NCBI GenBank assembly: GCA_963814585.1
Contig: CAWFDF010000004.1
Location: 416,001-480,000 of the forward strand
Reading direction: 5' to 3'
From: an uncultured delta proteobacterium
GTDB lineage: Bacteria > Myxococcota > Myxococcia > Myxococcales > Anaeromyxobacteraceae
Length of the DNA stretch: 64,000 bases
Numbering within the stretch: position 1 is the stretch's first letter; each line of letters starts with the position of its first letter. Below the pieces are notes generated by a model that saw only the letters and a program-made list of their open reading frames with translations, was not told where the DNA came from and did not search any database. This document shows positions 62,417 through 64,000 of the stretch, in pieces. The position numbers and the translations under genes are program-made.

Positions 62417-64000
62417 TCACCCCTCCCCCGACGGCTCGCCCGCGATCGGTGGCAGGCCGGCGCCCCGGCGCCTGCCACCGGCCCAGGCCCGGGCCGCCTC
62501 GGCCAGCGCCTGGAGGCGGGCCTCGACGCGGGCGTGGAAGCTCCCCTCCGGTGACACGGTCCCCTCGGCCGCCCCGGCCGCCAGGCCGGAGAGCAGCTCG
62601 ATCCCCTGGTCGACGTGCTCCACCGGGTAGAGGCGGAAGCGGCCCGCCTCCACCTCGGCCAGCACCTCGTCGCGCAGGACCAGGTTCGGGACGTTGGCGG
62701 CCGGCAGGAGCACCCCCTCGGCCCCGGTCAGCCCGCGGGTCGCGCAGACGTCGAAGAACCCCTCGACCTTCTCGGTGACGCCGCCCACCGCCTGGACCCG
62801 TCCGTGCTGGTCCACCGAGCCGGTCACCGCCAGCCCCTGCCGCAGCGGCACGCCGGCGATGGCGGAGAGGAGCGCGTAGAGCTCCGCCGAGGAGGCGCTG
62901 TCGCCCTCGACGCCGGCATAGGACTGCTCCATCACGATGGTGGCCGCCAGCGTGAGCGGCCGGTCGGCGCTGTAGCGGGCCCCCAGGTACCCGGCCAGGA
63001 TCAGCACGCCCTTCGAGTGGATGGGCCCGCCCAGCTCCACCTCGCGCTCGATGTCCACGACCTCGCCGCGGCCCAGCCGGATGCGCGCGCTGATGCGGCT
63101 GGGACGGCCGAAGGAGCGGCGCCCGGCGCGCAGCACCGAGAGGCCGTTCACCTGGCCGACCCGTGCGCCGGCCGTCTCGACGACCAGCAGGCCACGCCGG
63201 ATCTCATCCTGCACCTCGTCGCGGAGCCGCCCGTCGCGCCGCTCCTGGTCGGCCACCGCACGCCGGACGTCGTCGGCCCCGACCAGGGCGCGGCCGGCGC
63301 CGGCGGCCAGGTGGTCCGCCTCGCGCAGGAGGTCGTGGAGCGAGGCGGTCTCGGCGGTGAACCGCGTCGAGTCGCCGGCCAGGCGCGCCGCCTGGTGCAG
63401 CACCCGCTCCACCGCGGCCCGCTCCAGCGGGCGCAACCCATCCTGGCGGGCCAGCGTGGCCACCAGCCTGGCGAAGTCCCGGTCGCTGGCCGGCGAGCGC
63501 GGCACGTCGTCGTCGAAGTCGGCCGCCACCTTGAAGAGCTGGGGGAACTCCTCGTCGAGCAGCGAGAGCAGGTGCCAGGCGAGCCGGTCGCCCACCAGCA
63601 CCACCTTGACGTCGAGCGGGATGGGCTGCGGCTCCAGCGTGGAGGTGCCGCCGAAGCCGAGCAGCCGCTCGGGAGGCTCGATGCGGATCTCCCGGGACCT
63701 GAGCGCGCGCTTGAGCGCCTCCCAGGCGAAGGGCTGGGAGAGCAGGCGGCGGGCGTCGAGCAGCAGGAACCCCCCGTTGGCGCGGTGCAGGGCCCCCGGT
63801 CGCACCAGGGTGAAGTCGGTGACCAGGGCGCCGAAGTGGGCATGGTGATCGATGCGCCCGGTCAGGTTGGACAGGGTGGGGAGGTCCTCGTGCACCACCG
63901 GCGCGCCGCGCCGGCCGGCGTGGTCCACCATGAGGTTGGCGGCATAGCGGCGCAGCGCGGGCGTCTCGCCGAGGGCGGCGCGGACCTGGCTGGCCACGTC
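62417..64000 (-). CDS. Lon-like (S16) ATP-dependent protease, 5' part outside the window
   Basis: GALHRANGG, GQVNGLSV, GGPIHSKG, EQSY..VEGDSAS (catalytic Ser), GGVTEK (Lys). Confidence 0.9.
   Translation of the reverse strand, partial: DVASQVRAALGETPALRRYAANLMVDHAGRRGAPVVHEDLPTLSNLTGRIDHHAHFGALVTDFTLVRPGALHRANGGFLLLDARRLLSQPFAWEALKRALRSREIRIEPPERLLGFGGTSTLEPQPIPLDVKVVLVGDRLAWHLLSLLDEEFPQLFKVAADFDDDVPRSPASDRDFARLVATLARQDGLRPLERAAVERVLHQAARLAGDSTRFTAETASLHDLLREADHLAAGAGRALVGADDVRRAVADQERRDGRLRDEVQDEIRRGLLVVETAGARVGQVNGLSVLRAGRRSFGRPSRISARIRLGRGEVVDIEREVELGGPIHSKGVLILAGYLGARYSADRPLTLAATIVMEQSYAGVEGDSASSAELYALLSAIAGVPLRQGLAVTGSVDQHGRVQAVGGVTEKVEGFFDVCATRGLTGAEGVLLPAANVPNLVLRDEVLAEVEAGRFRLYPVEHVDQGIELLSGLAAGAAEGTVSPEGSFHARVEARLQALAEAARAWAGGRRRGAGLPPIAGEPSGEG

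Noticed and set aside
62417..64000. BREX BrxL protease
   Set aside because: Motifs fit the ordinary Lon-like S16 family; no pglX, pglZ or brxC in the window.

Overview
Very GC-rich, gene-dense bacterial chromosomal segment. Gene content suggests a Myxococcota genome, probably Anaeromyxobacter-like (inference; no database search was possible). There are about 55 CDS. They include an acyltransferase-epimerase-Hsp33 operon, an amidase, PRTase-selB-PAS/GAF kinase-sigma54 regulator, an isolated nuoLMN, selA, a small two-component system, a LarA-family racemase and fadIJ. Further along are two tandem OPT transporters with pepT, facing a DUF885-like gene, gloA and a methyltransferase, then amtB-P-II, yjgR, queF-Ser/Thr kinase-pepA-arginase, an ECF sigma pair, a CoA transferase, a CsgG-like protein, Hsp20, PolX and a partial Lon-like protease. 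I saw no rRNA, tRNA, CRISPR array, transposase or phage gene. Six single-base frameshifts in short homopolymers most likely reflect assembly error. The best leads are: a 163-bp nested inverted-repeat (MITE/ncRNA-like) element; a NifX-like gene relic after amtB-P-II; the OPT-OPT-PepT / DUF885-like-GloA divergon; a putative anti-sigma gene with two translation starts; recurrent leaderless-type promoters; four sigma54 promoter motifs, one of them antisense; and a SECIS-like hairpin upstream of selA. None is proven to be a new system from sequence alone.
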